64,000 nt of DNA from a virus (IMGVR_UViG_3300028534_000001:132338-196337), one strand, 5' to 3'. Counted from the first letter of the stretch, positions 1-9,656 are shown. Numbers and translations: made by a program. Notes: generated by a model from the sequence alone, not told the origin.

Positions 1-510
1 AAATTACTTAATAAAATTGATATAAATATTGAAGAAAAAAATAAAAATTCTTCAATAAAAAAATCTAAAAATGAATTTTTAGAAATGCTTATTGAAAAAT
101 TTGGTGATAAAGCTAAATCTTATTATGATAATTATATGACTAAATTAAAATCAATTATTAAATCTTTAAATAATCCTCCTATGGCTTATAAAAAATCTAC
201 TTTATTCTATTATAGAATAATAGAAGACAATAAAATTTTTTATGGTTTAGAAATAATTGATGGTATTGACGATAAATTAAATTCAAATTTAAATTTAACT
301 ATATTAGATATAAAATGGGGTGATTATTTTGATTTATTTTATATTTCACAATCTATTTTAAGAGAATTCAAACATAAAAGAACTGCTGAAATATTTAAAG
401 GTTATTTATTTCTTGAAGGATTTTCAGAAGATGTTTTAAATGGTAATCTCCCTGAATATCCTTTGCAAAAAATAGAATATATGGATAAAATTAAAATAGG
501 TGAAATTTAA
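1..510 (+). CDS. hypothetical protein, 5' end outside window
   Basis: The frame is open from nt 1 with no stop until TAA at 508-510. Composition is protein-like. It is the only plausible + strand gene and converges on 507..1253. Confidence 0.35.
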   Translation, partial: KLLNKIDINIEEKNKNSSIKKSKNEFLEMLIEKFGDKAKSYYDNYMTKLKSIIKSLNNPPMAYKKSTLFYYRIIEDNKIFYGLEIIDGIDDKLNSNLNLTILDIKWGDYFDLFYISQSILREFKHKRTAEIFKGYLFLEGFSEDVLNGNLPEYPLQKIEYMDKIKIGEI

Positions 511-1253
511 ATTTTATATTTCTTTTTAATTTTAATCCATTCTAAATATTTTTTATGAATTTTTTTCAAATATTTAATATTTTTTGTACCACCATTATAT
601 CTACTTATAGCTATATGATAAGGGTCTTTATAACCTTTTAATTTATAAGTATTATATAAATAAATAAAATAAATTGTCATTATTTTAGTATTAAATGTAT
701 AATCTGTTAAAAGATATTGAGCTAATTGAATATCTTTTTCATATTGATTTTTATAAGGTTTTATTTTATTTTTATAATAATTAAGTTCTTTTTTAGACCA
801 TTTAATAACTTTAATATCTCTTTTAGATTTATTTTTCTTATGTGAATACCTATAATAAACATCTTGAAAATAATTTATTTTTTCAAAATATATAGCATAT
901 TTTTTATATAAAAATGGATTTTTATTATTTATTAAATTTTTAATTTTATTATCAAAAAATTGTGGATATTTTTTTATTACAATGATAGCTGTCTCTAATT
1001 TGACTTGACCTACACCTAAACTTTTTAAAAGAAAAGGTTTTTCACTACCACTATTAAAATAATTATCACCTATTATAAATTTACCAGCACTACTTTCACC
1101 TAAAATAATAGAACAAATAGTATCAGGGAATGTTCTATTATCAATAGATTTATATTTTGATGCTATATTATATGATGTTTTTAATAAATTTATTTGACCT
1201 TGACTTAAAGCAAATAAATTTACAAATAATAATAAAAATAAAATTTTCTTCAT
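507..1253 (-). CDS. secreted lytic transglycosylase-like protein (SLT domain)
   Basis: It carries the signal peptide MKKILFLLLFVNLFALSQG. The ILGESSAGKF, GVGQV and ISRYNGG motifs fit the SLT catalytic region (E-S...AYN.G). Confidence 0.45.
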   Translation of the reverse strand: MKKILFLLLFVNLFALSQGQINLLKTSYNIASKYKSIDNRTFPDTICSIILGESSAGKFIIGDNYFNSGSEKPFLLKSLGVGQVKLETAIIVIKKYPQFFDNKIKNLINNKNPFLYKKYAIYFEKINYFQDVYYRYSHKKNKSKRDIKVIKWSKKELNYYKNKIKPYKNQYEKDIQLAQYLLTDYTFNTKIMTIYFIYLYNTYKLKGYKDPYHIAISRYNGGTKNIKYLKKIHKKYLEWIKIKKKYKI

Positions 1254-1261
1254 TTTAATCC

Positions 1262-1519
1262 TTATTTTTCAAAAAGTCTTTTTAAATCTCTTTCTGGATT
1301 ATAAGATTGCCATACTACATAATTTTGACCTCTAAATTTTTTACCACCTAATTTTTCTTTTAAAAAATTGATAGCGTTTAAAGGATTTTCATATATATTT
1401 TCAATTCCTCTTATTTCATTACCATAACTAAAATGAATTTTATATCTAGGATTACCATAAATATCATTATCAATTCTTCTATATTCAATTGTAATTCCAT
1501 TTTGTGTATAAGTTTTCAT
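1262..1519 (-). CDS. hypothetical protein
   Basis: An 85 aa ORF lies directly downstream of the consensus promoter at 1547..1575. Confidence 0.45.
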   Translation of the reverse strand: MKTYTQNGITIEYRRIDNDIYGNPRYKIHFSYGNEIRGIENIYENPLNAINFLKEKLGGKKFRGQNYVVWQSYNPERDLKRLFEK

Positions 1520-1546
1520 GTTTTCTCCTTTTGTTTTTATATTATA

Positions 1547-1575
1547 ATTATATCAAAAAATAGAATAAAAGTCAA
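1547..1575 (-). promoter_or_regulatory. sigma70-type early promoter TTGACT-N17-TATAAT
   Basis: On the + strand attata lies at 1547-1552 and agtcaa at 1570-1575. The reverse complement gives TTGACT, a 17 nt spacer and TATAAT. Confidence 0.7.
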
Positions 1576-1581
1576 GAAAAA

Positions 1582-2283
1582 TTAAATTTCTATTTTTGAA
1601 ATATAATTATAAAGACATATATAAGGTCCATACATTTTATCTATATGAAAATGTCCAAAAAACCAAGTATTAAATTCTATATTATCTAATATATTATCTA
1701 AGAATTTAGATACAGGGTCAGACAATTTGACAAATCCAACATTTTCAGGTAAATAATTTTCTATTAAAAATTTAGGGCAAGTATGTGATACTACATAATC
1801 AAAATTTGGATTTGATTCTATAATATTTAAAATTGTATTTTCTTCTTCTTTTGATAATAATTCTTGTTTCCACCAAGAAATATTTTCTTTTCTATGATGT
1901 TTATCAATAGATTCAGCTCCTCTTATACATAAAAATCTTTTATTATTTATAAACATTTCTGGATATTTGATAAAATGGAATCTAAAACCATCAATTTCTT
2001 TGTACCAAAATTCGCCTTTTATATTATCATTCATTTTAATAATAGGTAAATCCATAATTAAATTATAATTTTCGTGATTACCTGGGATAATAAATAATTT
2101 TATATTTTTATCTTTTAATTTATCAATCCATTTATAATAACAATTAACATCTCCTTGATTTCCTGACCACATACATCCAAAATCACCTAATTGAATTATA
2201 ATTGAATTTTCTTCAAAATCCATATTTTGGACTTTACCTATATCAATTTCTCCATGTGTATCACCAATAAAATAAATATTCAT
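1582..2283 (-). CDS. calcineurin-like metallophosphoesterase
   Basis: The GDTHGE, GDFG, GNHE and GHFH motifs are present. Confidence 0.65.
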   Translation of the reverse strand: MNIYFIGDTHGEIDIGKVQNMDFEENSIIIQLGDFGCMWSGNQGDVNCYYKWIDKLKDKNIKLFIIPGNHENYNLIMDLPIIKMNDNIKGEFWYKEIDGFRFHFIKYPEMFINNKRFLCIRGAESIDKHHRKENISWWKQELLSKEEENTILNIIESNPNFDYVVSHTCPKFLIENYLPENVGFVKLSDPVSKFLDNILDNIEFNTWFFGHFHIDKMYGPYICLYNYISKIEI

Positions 2284-2292
2284 ATAAAACCT

Positions 2293-2487
2293 TTATAATA
2301 CATTAAAATAAATACTTTCTGTCCCATAAGTATCATATAATGCTTTTTCTAATTTTATTTTATCAACATTTTTAACATAAACAATTATTTCTATTTCTTC
2401 GTCTTCATATATAATATAATCAACTTTTACATCTTCTGCACCATATCCTAAAGCAAAATTTTCAACTTTTAGTAATAATTCTTTCAT
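2293..2487 (-). CDS. hypothetical protein
   Basis: A 64 aa ORF with an AAGGAG RBS (rc of tctcctt at 2493) sits behind promoter 2515..2543. Confidence 0.4.
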   Translation of the reverse strand: MKELLLKVENFALGYGAEDVKVDYIIYEDEEIEIIVYVKNVDKIKLEKALYDTYGTESIYFNVL

Positions 2488-2514
2488 ATTTTCTCCTTGA
2501 TTTTATATATTATA

Positions 2515-2543
2515 ATTATAATAAATTTTTTTAAAAAAGTCAA
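2515..2543 (-). promoter_or_regulatory. sigma70-type early promoter
   Basis: The attata element is at 2515-2520 and agtcaa at 2538-2543, with a 17 nt spacer. Confidence 0.7.
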
Positions 2544-2550
2544 GGAAAAA

Positions 2551-2763
2551 TTAAAATATTTTTGATAAAATTATTAAAAATAATGATGAAATATTGAATA
2601 ATAATAATTCATTTGTACAAAATGTATTTGTATATTTATTATATAAATAACTAGATATTTTTGAATTATCTAAACCTAATCTTTTAGATTCTTTAACTGC
2701 TTTTTTAAAATCTACATTTTTATAATATCTACTTTTTTTATCTTTAATGTTTGGTAAATTCAT
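2551..2763 (-). CDS. hypothetical small protein
   Basis: The start was moved to the internal ATG at 2763, which is preceded by an AGGAG RBS. The C-terminus is hydrophobic. Confidence 0.3.
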   Translation of the reverse strand: MNLPNIKDKKSRYYKNVDFKKAVKESKRLGLDNSKISSYLYNKYTNTFCTNELLLFNISSLFLIILSKIF

Positions 2764-2788
2764 GTTTTCTCCTTTTAATTTTTCATGT

Positions 2789-2977
2789 TTAAGCTGCATA
2801 ATCATAAGGGATTTTTTTCATTTTTTGACGATTATAAGCTTTTTTCTTATTTTTAATTTTTCTTTCACATAAATTGATTTCACCTTTAATATGCATTTCA
2901 ATATTTTTATCTCTTCTTTTTATATTTTTAATTTCTTCTTGCAATTGTTTAAAAGATTTAATATTTTTTCTTTTCAT
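2789..2977 (-). CDS. hypothetical basic protein
   Basis: A 62 aa Lys/Arg-rich ORF with an AAGGA RBS follows promoter 3008..3036. Confidence 0.35.
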   Translation of the reverse strand: MKRKNIKSFKQLQEEIKNIKRRDKNIEMHIKGEINLCERKIKNKKKAYNRQKMKKIPYDYAA

Positions 2978-3007
2978 TTTATATCCTTTTTTATTATTTA
3001 TATTAAA

Positions 3008-3036
3008 ATTATATCAAAAAATAAATTAAAAGTCAA
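3008..3036 (-). promoter_or_regulatory. sigma70-type early promoter
   Basis: The attata element is at 3008-3013 and agtcaa at 3031-3036, with a 17 nt spacer. Confidence 0.7.
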
Positions 3037-3043
3037 GAAAATA

Positions 3044-3487
3044 TTATAAATATTTTCCTGAATTTTGATAATTTTCAATTTCTTCTGGACATTTATCATA
3101 AGCTTTTTTAATTGTTTTATAAATATTTTTAATTATTTTTTGAATATCAGAATTTAAATCTTTAAAATTACCTTCTGTTTCTATTTTAGTTTGATAAATT
3201 TTAAATTTTTTTAATCCTTCAATTTGTAAAGAATATCTAACACCATTTTTGTCATCACAATAAAATTCTAAAAATTCTGGGTTTGAAACATCTGCTAAAA
3301 TTGCGTTCATATTTCCAATAGGTAATTCAAATTCATATTTTTCATTGTATAATTTATCTAAAACAGAATAAAAATTCTTAACACATTTTGTTTCTAATTC
3401 TTTTTTGTCTTTATTTGCTTGATCAGCTGCTTTTGCAGTTTTGTCATATTCATTTTCTTTTAATTCTTTTAAAATTTCTTTTAACAT
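3044..3487 (-). CDS. MLKEIL-family hypothetical protein
   Basis: The codons lie on the minus strand: the rc of 3479-3487 reads ATGTTAAAA and the TAA stop is the rc of 3044-3046. The ORF track lists this ORF as + strand. The N-terminus MLKEILKEL is shared with at least 10 other ORFs. Confidence 0.5.
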   Translation of the reverse strand: MLKEILKELKENEYDKTAKAADQANKDKKELETKCVKNFYSVLDKLYNEKYEFELPIGNMNAILADVSNPEFLEFYCDDKNGVRYSLQIEGLKKFKIYQTKIETEGNFKDLNSDIQKIIKNIYKTIKKAYDKCPEEIENYQNSGKYL

Positions 3488-3738
3488 AATTTTAATTCCT
3501 TTTTTAATGTATTTAATAAATAATTAAATTTATTTTCATTTAGACTTATAGAATCTTCTATATCCATACATTCTTTATCAAAAACATAATATGAACCATT
3601 ATCTTTATAAACTATAAAAGGTAATGTAATATTACCTTTTTCTACATCATAATTTACTGTAGTATAATCAACAAAATAATCTTCTATTTCTTTAATTTCT
3701 TCTTTATTTCTTACAATTTTAATAATTTCTAAATTCAT
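3481..3738 (-). CDS. hypothetical protein
   Basis: An 85 aa ORF with an AGGAG RBS follows promoter 3766..3794. Confidence 0.45.
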   Translation of the reverse strand: MNLEIIKIVRNKEEIKEIEDYFVDYTTVNYDVEKGNITLPFIVYKDNGSYYVFDKECMDIEDSISLNENKFNYLLNTLKKELKLC

Positions 3739-3765
3739 TTTTTCTCCTTGATTTTTTATATTATA

Positions 3766-3794
3766 ATTATACTACATTTTTATTAAAAAGTCAA
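3766..3794 (-). promoter_or_regulatory. sigma70-type early promoter
   Basis: The attata element is at 3766-3771 and agtcaa at 3789-3794, with a 17 nt spacer. Confidence 0.7.
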
Positions 3795-3804
3795 GAAAAA
3801 TTTA

Positions 3805-5439
3805 TTATTTTATTTCTATAATAGCATCTTTAACATATAATGGTAAAAATGAACTATTTTTAAATTTTTCAAAATTTTTATCAAAAATATAAAAAATAGC
3901 TTTATCATTTTTATGTCTAACAGCTCTACCATAACTTTGGATTATTTTATTAGCTGCATCTTGTTGATACCATTTAGGATATAATTGTGTTTTAATTTTA
4001 ACATAAGTATCTCCTAAACTAGCATAAGGAATTTTAGTTAAAATTTGCCATCTTGCAAAATCATCTTTAAAATCATGACCCTCATATAAAGTAGGTCCTA
4101 TTAAGATTTTTTTACCTTTGTATTTATTTATAGTTTCACTATCTTTTGCTACTACAATTTTATTACTATATTTAGAATTATTTTTAATTTCCCAAGCTAT
4201 ATTATAACTTGAAGTATGTATAATACCATTTTCATTTGAATGTTTTTCTATAATCTTATCAACTATTTTTGATATTTGTTTTATTGCATTATCAAAATTA
4301 TTATAATTAAAATCAATAACAGGTTTATATACTATTTTTCTATTTTTAATAGGGAAAGGACTATTACATTCATAACTACTATAATTTTTAATACCATTTT
4401 CTTTTGCATATACTTCAATATCACCTATTGTTGCTGATAAATGAATAAAAAAACTTCCTTTATTAAAAATATAATTAGCTATTTGATTAGCAAAAATAGG
4501 TTTTATACTAATAATTTTATATGGTTCATTAAAAGCATCTTCATTTATTTTTGTTAAATTTAATATAAATTCCCCTGAAGAATTATGAAAAATTTCTACT
4601 TTATTTATTAAATTTTCAACATAATTATATAATTTATTAAAAAATGAATTTTCATCTTTTAATTCTTCTAATTCTTCAAATCTATCTTTTAATACATTTA
4701 ATAAATTTTTACTCATATTTGCTAATTCTTTTGATGATAAAACAATTTTATTTATTTTACTAATAAAATCTTCTAATGAAATTATTATAGTTTCAAAATT
4801 TAAATATGCATTATCTAAACTTTTTTCTTTAAAAAAATTTATTTCTTTTTCATCTATTGTTAATGTCCCAAAATTAACTAATTCATCACTTAAAGTATGA
4901 CATTCATCAATAATTACTATATCAGAATTAGCTTTCTTATAACTAACATAAAAACTCATATTTGTTATTCTATCTTCTTCAGTATTTTCCCAAAAAGTTC
5001 TTTGTTTTAAATATGGACAATTTTCTCTATTACATTTTTTTGATTTTACTAATTTTAAACATTCATCTGTAGTATATGAAGTCCCAAATGAACAAATATA
5101 ATTTGTTTTTCCTTTAATGTCAACTAATTCAGGAAATTCATTAGTATATTGATCTTGTAAAGCTTTTGTTTTTGTTAAAATAACACTTCTTTTTAAATGA
5201 GAATTTATTTCTTTTAAAATTTTAGGTATAATTATTGCTATATAACTTTTACCTACACCTGTTGGTAATTGTCCTATAAAATGATCTTTATTATTTATAT
5301 AAGCTTCTATTATTTTATAAATAGTTTCTAATTGTTCTTTTCTTGGAGTTTTACCAAAAGGGAAATATTTTTTAATTAAATTATCAATTGATTCTTTATT
5401 TATTATATTATTCATATTATTACTCCTAAAATTTTTCAT
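3805..5439 (-). CDS. SF2 DinG/XPD-like ATP-dependent helicase with Fe-S domain
   Basis: Walker A is QLPTGVGKS and motif II is IIDECH. Four Cys (ICSFG, ECLKL, KKCNR, ENCPY) lie between motifs Ia and II as in the XPD Fe-S insertion. QSYGRAVRH fits motif VI. Confidence 0.6.
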   Translation of the reverse strand: MKNFRSNNMNNIINKESIDNLIKKYFPFGKTPRKEQLETIYKIIEAYINNKDHFIGQLPTGVGKSYIAIIIPKILKEINSHLKRSVILTKTKALQDQYTNEFPELVDIKGKTNYICSFGTSYTTDECLKLVKSKKCNRENCPYLKQRTFWENTEEDRITNMSFYVSYKKANSDIVIIDECHTLSDELVNFGTLTIDEKEINFFKEKSLDNAYLNFETIIISLEDFISKINKIVLSSKELANMSKNLLNVLKDRFEELEELKDENSFFNKLYNYVENLINKVEIFHNSSGEFILNLTKINEDAFNEPYKIISIKPIFANQIANYIFNKGSFFIHLSATIGDIEVYAKENGIKNYSSYECNSPFPIKNRKIVYKPVIDFNYNNFDNAIKQISKIVDKIIEKHSNENGIIHTSSYNIAWEIKNNSKYSNKIVVAKDSETINKYKGKKILIGPTLYEGHDFKDDFARWQILTKIPYASLGDTYVKIKTQLYPKWYQQDAANKIIQSYGRAVRHKNDKAIFYIFDKNFEKFKNSSFLPLYVKDAIIEIK

Positions 5440-5444
5440 GGTTT

Positions 5445-5464
5445 TAATGGGTAAAAACCCATTA
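5445..5464 (-). other. GC-containing hairpin (8 bp stem taatgggt/acccatta, loop aaaa)
   Basis: A perfect inverted repeat lies between the HU stop and the helicase RBS. No U-tract follows it on the minus-strand RNA. Confidence 0.4.
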
Positions 5465-5467
5465 AAA

Positions 5468-5773
5468 TTATTTATTGATAGATTCTTTTAATGATTTACT
5501 AGGTTCTAATTTAGCTCTTTTTCCAGCTGGTACATCATATGGAATTTCTTCTCCATCTCTTTTAATAACACCTTTTCTTGGTGCTTTATCAACAATTTTA
5601 ACTTTACCAATACCAGGGATTACAACTTCACCATCTTTTACTAAAGAATCTGTAATTGCTCCAAATAGAGTTTCTGTAATTTCTTTTGCATCTTTGTTTG
5701 TTACTTTTACAGTTTCTCCAAATTTACCTACTAAAATTTCTTTTACTTTTACTACTAATTCTGATTTATTCAT
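5468..5773 (-). CDS. HU/IHF-like histone-like DNA-binding protein
   Basis: The 101 aa protein begins MNKSELV. GIGKVKIVDKAPRKG followed by P.G fits the HU arm and fold pattern. Confidence 0.7.
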   Translation of the reverse strand: MNKSELVVKVKEILVGKFGETVKVTNKDAKEITETLFGAITDSLVKDGEVVIPGIGKVKIVDKAPRKGVIKRDGEEIPYDVPAGKRAKLEPSKSLKESINK

Positions 5774-5862
5774 TAAATCTCCTTTTTTATTTTATTTAAT
5801 TTTTTTAAGATTTATTTTCAAACTATTTCATCAATCTTATATATGTATATTTATTTAAAATT

Positions 5863-7959
5863 TTAATAAAGATTAGTTAAAAGAAAATTAACTAATTCAT
5901 TTAAATCTTTAATGATATTAGGTTTATTTTCTTCAATTTCTTTTTTAAATTTTTCTAATTCTTCTTCATTTAATCCTTCAGGAATTTTTGTTTCTTCATA
6001 AATTAAATTTTCATCTAATATTTCATTTAATGATAATTTATTTGTATGCAATAAAATAGCATCTTCATTCATATCATAAGATACAATTTCATATGCTTTA
6101 ATATTACAAGGATATAATAATCCTAATTTAATATCAACTAAACCTACAAATAATTCATTATTTTCATCAAATGAATTTGAATATCCTACTTTTAATTTTT
6201 CAGGTTTAAAATATTCAGTAGAATTTTTTGAAACATTTTTTGTAATAGGTTCTATATTACTCATAATTCCTATATAAAAATTTTTAGGTGTTCCTGAATA
6301 TTTATTTACTTTTAATCCTATAAATCTAATGTTACTTGGATTATTTATATCAATAAATTCAGCTGCTCCATTAGGTGCATCTGTAACATCACCACTAAAT
6401 ACAACAGAACCATCATCAGTTTTATAATTTCCATTCCATCCAATTTTTTTAATTTTATTGTCTTCAAGTTTTAAAATAGCACTTAAATCTAAATCTACTC
6501 TACTTTCAGAGTTTTCCCAATAGATTCCACATCTTAAAGTTTTAGTTACATCAAATTTTATTGAACTTCCTAACTCATAATAAAATGTACTGTTTTCATT
6601 TATTCTTAGAGATACTGGATATTTAATATCATTTTCTAAAATATAATCTAAAAGATTTAAATCAATTTTAGTATTTTTTTCTTCAAATAAATTTACTAAA
6701 TTTCTTTTTATTACTTCTGATAAATTACTATCTAATTTTAATAGTCTTCTAGCCTCAGGTTCTGTTAAAACATCTTCAATATTTTCTTTTGTAAAAGATG
6801 CGTGTGGTAAAACATATGTTTCAGTTAAATCTCTCCCTGTTTTAATTAAATTGTGTTTTGTTAATACTTTTCTAATATAATTTAAAACTTGAACTTGATT
6901 TTTAATAGACATTTTTTCAAAATTTTCAATAATTTTATTGTCATCATAAACTCTAAAATATTCAATAAATTTATCTCTCATTACATCTAAATGAGATTTT
7001 AAATGGTTTGTACTTTTATTTAAAACTTTACTATATTTAGTTTTAATTTTTTGAATTTTTTTATTTTCTCTTAAAAATGGTTTAATTTTATCATATAAAT
7101 CACTTTTATTATATTCAATCACAGCAAGTAATTTTTTAACCATTCTTCTTTTTTGTTTTAAAAGTTCTAAAAATGAATTATCAGCATCACTTTCTACAAT
7201 ACCATCAATAATATTTCTTGCTTTTGATTTAATTGATTCATCAATATGATTACTTACCATATATTTTAATTGTTTAGTATATAACATATTAGGACTTAAA
7301 CCTAAAATATGTTTAACAAATCTAATTGCTAAATCTGGATTAGTTGTCTTAAATCCATTTTCTAAAAGTTTAATTTGATTTTCTTTAAATACCATTTTTT
7401 CTAATTTTACAGGGATTTTTTCTTCTAAAATTATTTTAATATCTAAAATTGATAAAGGTCTAGCATAATTTTCATAAAATTTTGCTAATTCTTCTTTAAC
7501 ATCATCAATATATTTAAAATTTACATTGATAATATTATCTTTAAATTCAACTTCTTCTAACATTTCTTTAATTTTAGAATATTTAGATTTATCTTCTTCA
7601 GACATTTCATTAGGAAAATATGTATCAATATCTACACCGAAAAATTCTGCACCATATGTTGACATATAATGTAAAAGTGTTTTTAATCTTGCTAATTCTT
7701 CATTTTCTATAACTTCATCAAAAGAAAATAAAGTATTTTCCCAATTATTATCTAAACCTCTAATATTAGCAATTACTTTAATTACTTTTTTAATAGATTT
7801 AGGAGTTCCTTTAACATTTTCAAAACCACCTTCAACAACAACACCTAATTTTGCTAATCTATGTGCAGCTAAAACTTTTTCTTTCTCTGTAAGAGTATCT
7901 TTTTCAAAAGGTACTACATTTAAATTTAAAATACTAACTCTTACTAAATCTTTTTTCAT
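5863..7959 (-). CDS. large multidomain protein with C-terminal TerD-like domain
   Basis: The 698 aa protein has GIYWENSESRVDLDLSAIL...DGSVVFSGDVTDAPNGAAEFIDI at residues about 480-560. This matches the TerD core (GLGWD...DLDASA...DGSV.HSGDN.TGEG). The N-terminal roughly 450 aa are unassigned. Confidence 0.5.
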   Translation of the reverse strand: MKKDLVRVSILNLNVVPFEKDTLTEKEKVLAAHRLAKLGVVVEGGFENVKGTPKSIKKVIKVIANIRGLDNNWENTLFSFDEVIENEELARLKTLLHYMSTYGAEFFGVDIDTYFPNEMSEEDKSKYSKIKEMLEEVEFKDNIINVNFKYIDDVKEELAKFYENYARPLSILDIKIILEEKIPVKLEKMVFKENQIKLLENGFKTTNPDLAIRFVKHILGLSPNMLYTKQLKYMVSNHIDESIKSKARNIIDGIVESDADNSFLELLKQKRRMVKKLLAVIEYNKSDLYDKIKPFLRENKKIQKIKTKYSKVLNKSTNHLKSHLDVMRDKFIEYFRVYDDNKIIENFEKMSIKNQVQVLNYIRKVLTKHNLIKTGRDLTETYVLPHASFTKENIEDVLTEPEARRLLKLDSNLSEVIKRNLVNLFEEKNTKIDLNLLDYILENDIKYPVSLRINENSTFYYELGSSIKFDVTKTLRCGIYWENSESRVDLDLSAILKLEDNKIKKIGWNGNYKTDDGSVVFSGDVTDAPNGAAEFIDINNPSNIRFIGLKVNKYSGTPKNFYIGIMSNIEPITKNVSKNSTEYFKPEKLKVGYSNSFDENNELFVGLVDIKLGLLYPCNIKAYEIVSYDMNEDAILLHTNKLSLNEILDENLIYEETKIPEGLNEEELEKFKKEIEENKPNIIKDLNELVNFLLTNLY

Positions 7960-8054
7960 TTTTATTCTCCTTAAATTTTTAAATTTACATGTATTAAAAT
8001 GAATAAGTATAATAAATTTAATTTTAAGTAACTTATTCTATTTTTAACTTTATA

Positions 8055-8083
8055 ATTATATCATAATTTGGATAAAAAGTCAA
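8055..8083 (-). promoter_or_regulatory. sigma70-type early promoter
   Basis: The attata element is at 8055-8060 and agtcaa at 8078-8083, with a 17 nt spacer. It probably drives 5863..7959, the HU gene and the helicase gene. Confidence 0.65.
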
Positions 8084-8101
8084 CTTTTTTAATAAAAATT
8101 T

Positions 8102-8467
8102 TTAATAATTTTTTAAAGCTTCAATAAATGTTAAAGATTCATTTTTTAAATTTTCAAAATTTGAAAATTTTGGTGGTGTAGTATTTTCTAAAATTTCTAA
8201 AAAAGATATTATATCATCTATTAAAGAATAATATAAAATTTCATTTTTAGGTATTATTTCTATTTTATTATTTAAAATAATACTATGATCTGATATTTCT
8301 AAATATAATTTTTGATTTTTTGAAATAATGATATTATATTTATCTAATATATTACCTTCTTCATCTAATATTGTATAATTATCATAAGCTATTATATTTA
8401 GAATTTTAATATCATCTATATTTAAATTATTTCCAATATTATCAACTAATTGATCTAATAAATCCAT
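8102..8467 (-). CDS. hypothetical acidic protein
   Basis: 121 aa ORF. Confidence 0.4.
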   Translation of the reverse strand: MDLLDQLVDNIGNNLNIDDIKILNIIAYDNYTILDEEGNILDKYNIIISKNQKLYLEISDHSIILNNKIEIIPKNEILYYSLIDDIISFLEILENTTPPKFSNFENLKNESLTFIEALKNY

Positions 8468-8476
8468 TTTAACTCC

Positions 8477-8680
8477 TTATAACCATATTAAAAAACAAAT
8501 AACAAATGTTAAAAATGCACTTATTTTAGCTAATGCTAAATTTATAATTTTTAATCTATCTTCCATATTTAAATTCATAATTATATGATTTATATCAGCT
8601 CCTTTTTCAATTTCGTCTTCAAATCCAAAAGGGATGCTTAAAACAATAACTAAAATTAAGATACTCGTTAATAAATACAT
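8477..8680 (-). CDS. small membrane protein
   Basis: The 67 aa ORF has two hydrophobic segments. Confidence 0.3.
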   Translation of the reverse strand: MYLLTSILILVIVLSIPFGFEDEIEKGADINHIIMNLNMEDRLKIINLALAKISAFLTFVICFLIWL

Positions 8681-8707
8681 GATTTTTCCTTTTATATAAA
8701 GGAGAAA

Positions 8708-9289
8708 TTATTCTCCTTTTTTTGCTTTTTTATTTTTTGAATATTTATTTACTATTTCTTCATAATTATCATCAGTACTTTTAACAAAAGTTCCATCTGG
8801 TGTTAAAAAACCTGTTCTATCTTTGATAACATTATAAGCAGCTTCTACACATTCATTAAATTCTAAACCATTTTCTAATGATAAATTTGATAAATATGGT
8901 AATGATTCATTTAAAAATTCTACTGCTTTTTCCATTTGATTTTTAGCAATAGCATCAGCTACTTCTCCTAAAATAACATCTAAATGAGTTAAATTTAATA
9001 AAATAGTTTTAACATTTTTATCTTCATTTAATTTAGATAAATTTAATTTTACATTATTATCTTTTTTAATAATTTCTGTTACCATAACTATAGTTACAAA
9101 TGTATCACCAATAGCATCTTTGAATTCTTCTTTATCATCTTCTAAAAATGCTTTTGAAATTTCTGATTTTTCAGAAATTGTTTTTAAAAATTGAATATTT
9201 GCTTTGGCATTTTGAATAATACCATTTTTTTCACCCCATTCTTTAATTTTATCATATAATTCTTGGATTTTTTTTGTATTTTTTGACAT
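8708..9289 (-). CDS. MazG-like NTP pyrophosphohydrolase (all-alpha)
   Basis: EKSEISKAF (E..E) and AIGDTFVTIVMV (E-L-G-D-V-L-like) are spaced as in the MazG metal-binding helices. GEVADAIAK is also present. Confidence 0.4.
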   Translation of the reverse strand: MSKNTKKIQELYDKIKEWGEKNGIIQNAKANIQFLKTISEKSEISKAFLEDDKEEFKDAIGDTFVTIVMVTEIIKKDNNVKLNLSKLNEDKNVKTILLNLTHLDVILGEVADAIAKNQMEKAVEFLNESLPYLSNLSLENGLEFNECVEAAYNVIKDRTGFLTPDGTFVKSTDDNYEEIVNKYSKNKKAKKGE

Positions 9290-9290
9290 A

Positions 9291-9656
9291 TTATTCTCCT
9301 TCTTTAAATTTATCTTTCATAATTGCTGGTTTAATGATATTTTCCCATAACATTTTATGATTTTCTTTTAATTTTTCTATATTTTCTAATAATTTTTTAA
9401 AATCTTCATCAGATAATGAATTAAATCTATTATCAGATGGAATTTCTTTTAATAATTTATCTAAAATTTCTTTAATACAATCACTATTTTCGCATTTAGA
9501 AAATAAAAATAAAATTCCTTCATCTAAAATAGTTGTATAATCATCATCAACTTCTTTCCAAATAGTCCCTAAATCTGGTAAAGATAAACTTTCAATTTCA
9601 TTTTGATTTTTGTCTTCTTTTTCATTTTTAATTTCATTTAATAATTCTTTTAACAT
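9291..9656 (-). CDS. MLKEIL-family hypothetical protein
   Basis: N-terminus is MLKELLNEIKNE. 121 aa. Confidence 0.45.
   Translation of the reverse strand: MLKELLNEIKNEKEDKNQNEIESLSLPDLGTIWKEVDDDYTTILDEGILFLFSKCENSDCIKEILDKLLKEIPSDNRFNSLSDEDFKKLLENIEKLKENHKMLWENIIKPAIMKDKFKEGE

Noticed and set aside
3044-3487. The ORF track lists this ORF as + strand.
   Set aside because: The codons for MLKEIL... are the reverse complement of 3487 down to 3044, with stop TAA = rc of tta at 3044-3046. It is a minus-strand gene like its neighbours, so I treated it as a track labelling error.
5445-5464. Hairpin as intrinsic terminator after the HU gene.
   Set aside because: On the minus-strand RNA the stem is followed by AAACCAUG rather than a U-tract. 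It is more likely a processing or stability element or a coincidence. It is kept as a low-weight feature only.
5475-5858. A + strand 127 aa ORF, one of about 20 + strand ORFs in the track (for example 16320..16517, 17715..17939, 19059..19286, 30411..30773, 44404..44757, 54464..54733, 62997..63182).
   Set aside because: They lie antisense inside well-supported minus-strand genes. They use TTG starts or lack RBS and promoter, and they have low-complexity F/S/I-rich translations typical of AT-rich antisense frames.
5863-7959. N-terminal resemblance of the 698 aa protein to HMGL-like/DRE-TIM enzymes (LAAHRLAKLGVVVEGGF).
   Set aside because: It is a short pattern only, and the catalytic Arg-Asp-Gly-Glu-Gln residues are not conserved.
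8011-8048. An 8 bp inverted repeat gaataagt ... acttattc in the leader of 5863..7959.
   Set aside because: The stem is entirely A/T-rich with a 22 nt loop, giving marginal stability. It is probably chance in 20% GC DNA.
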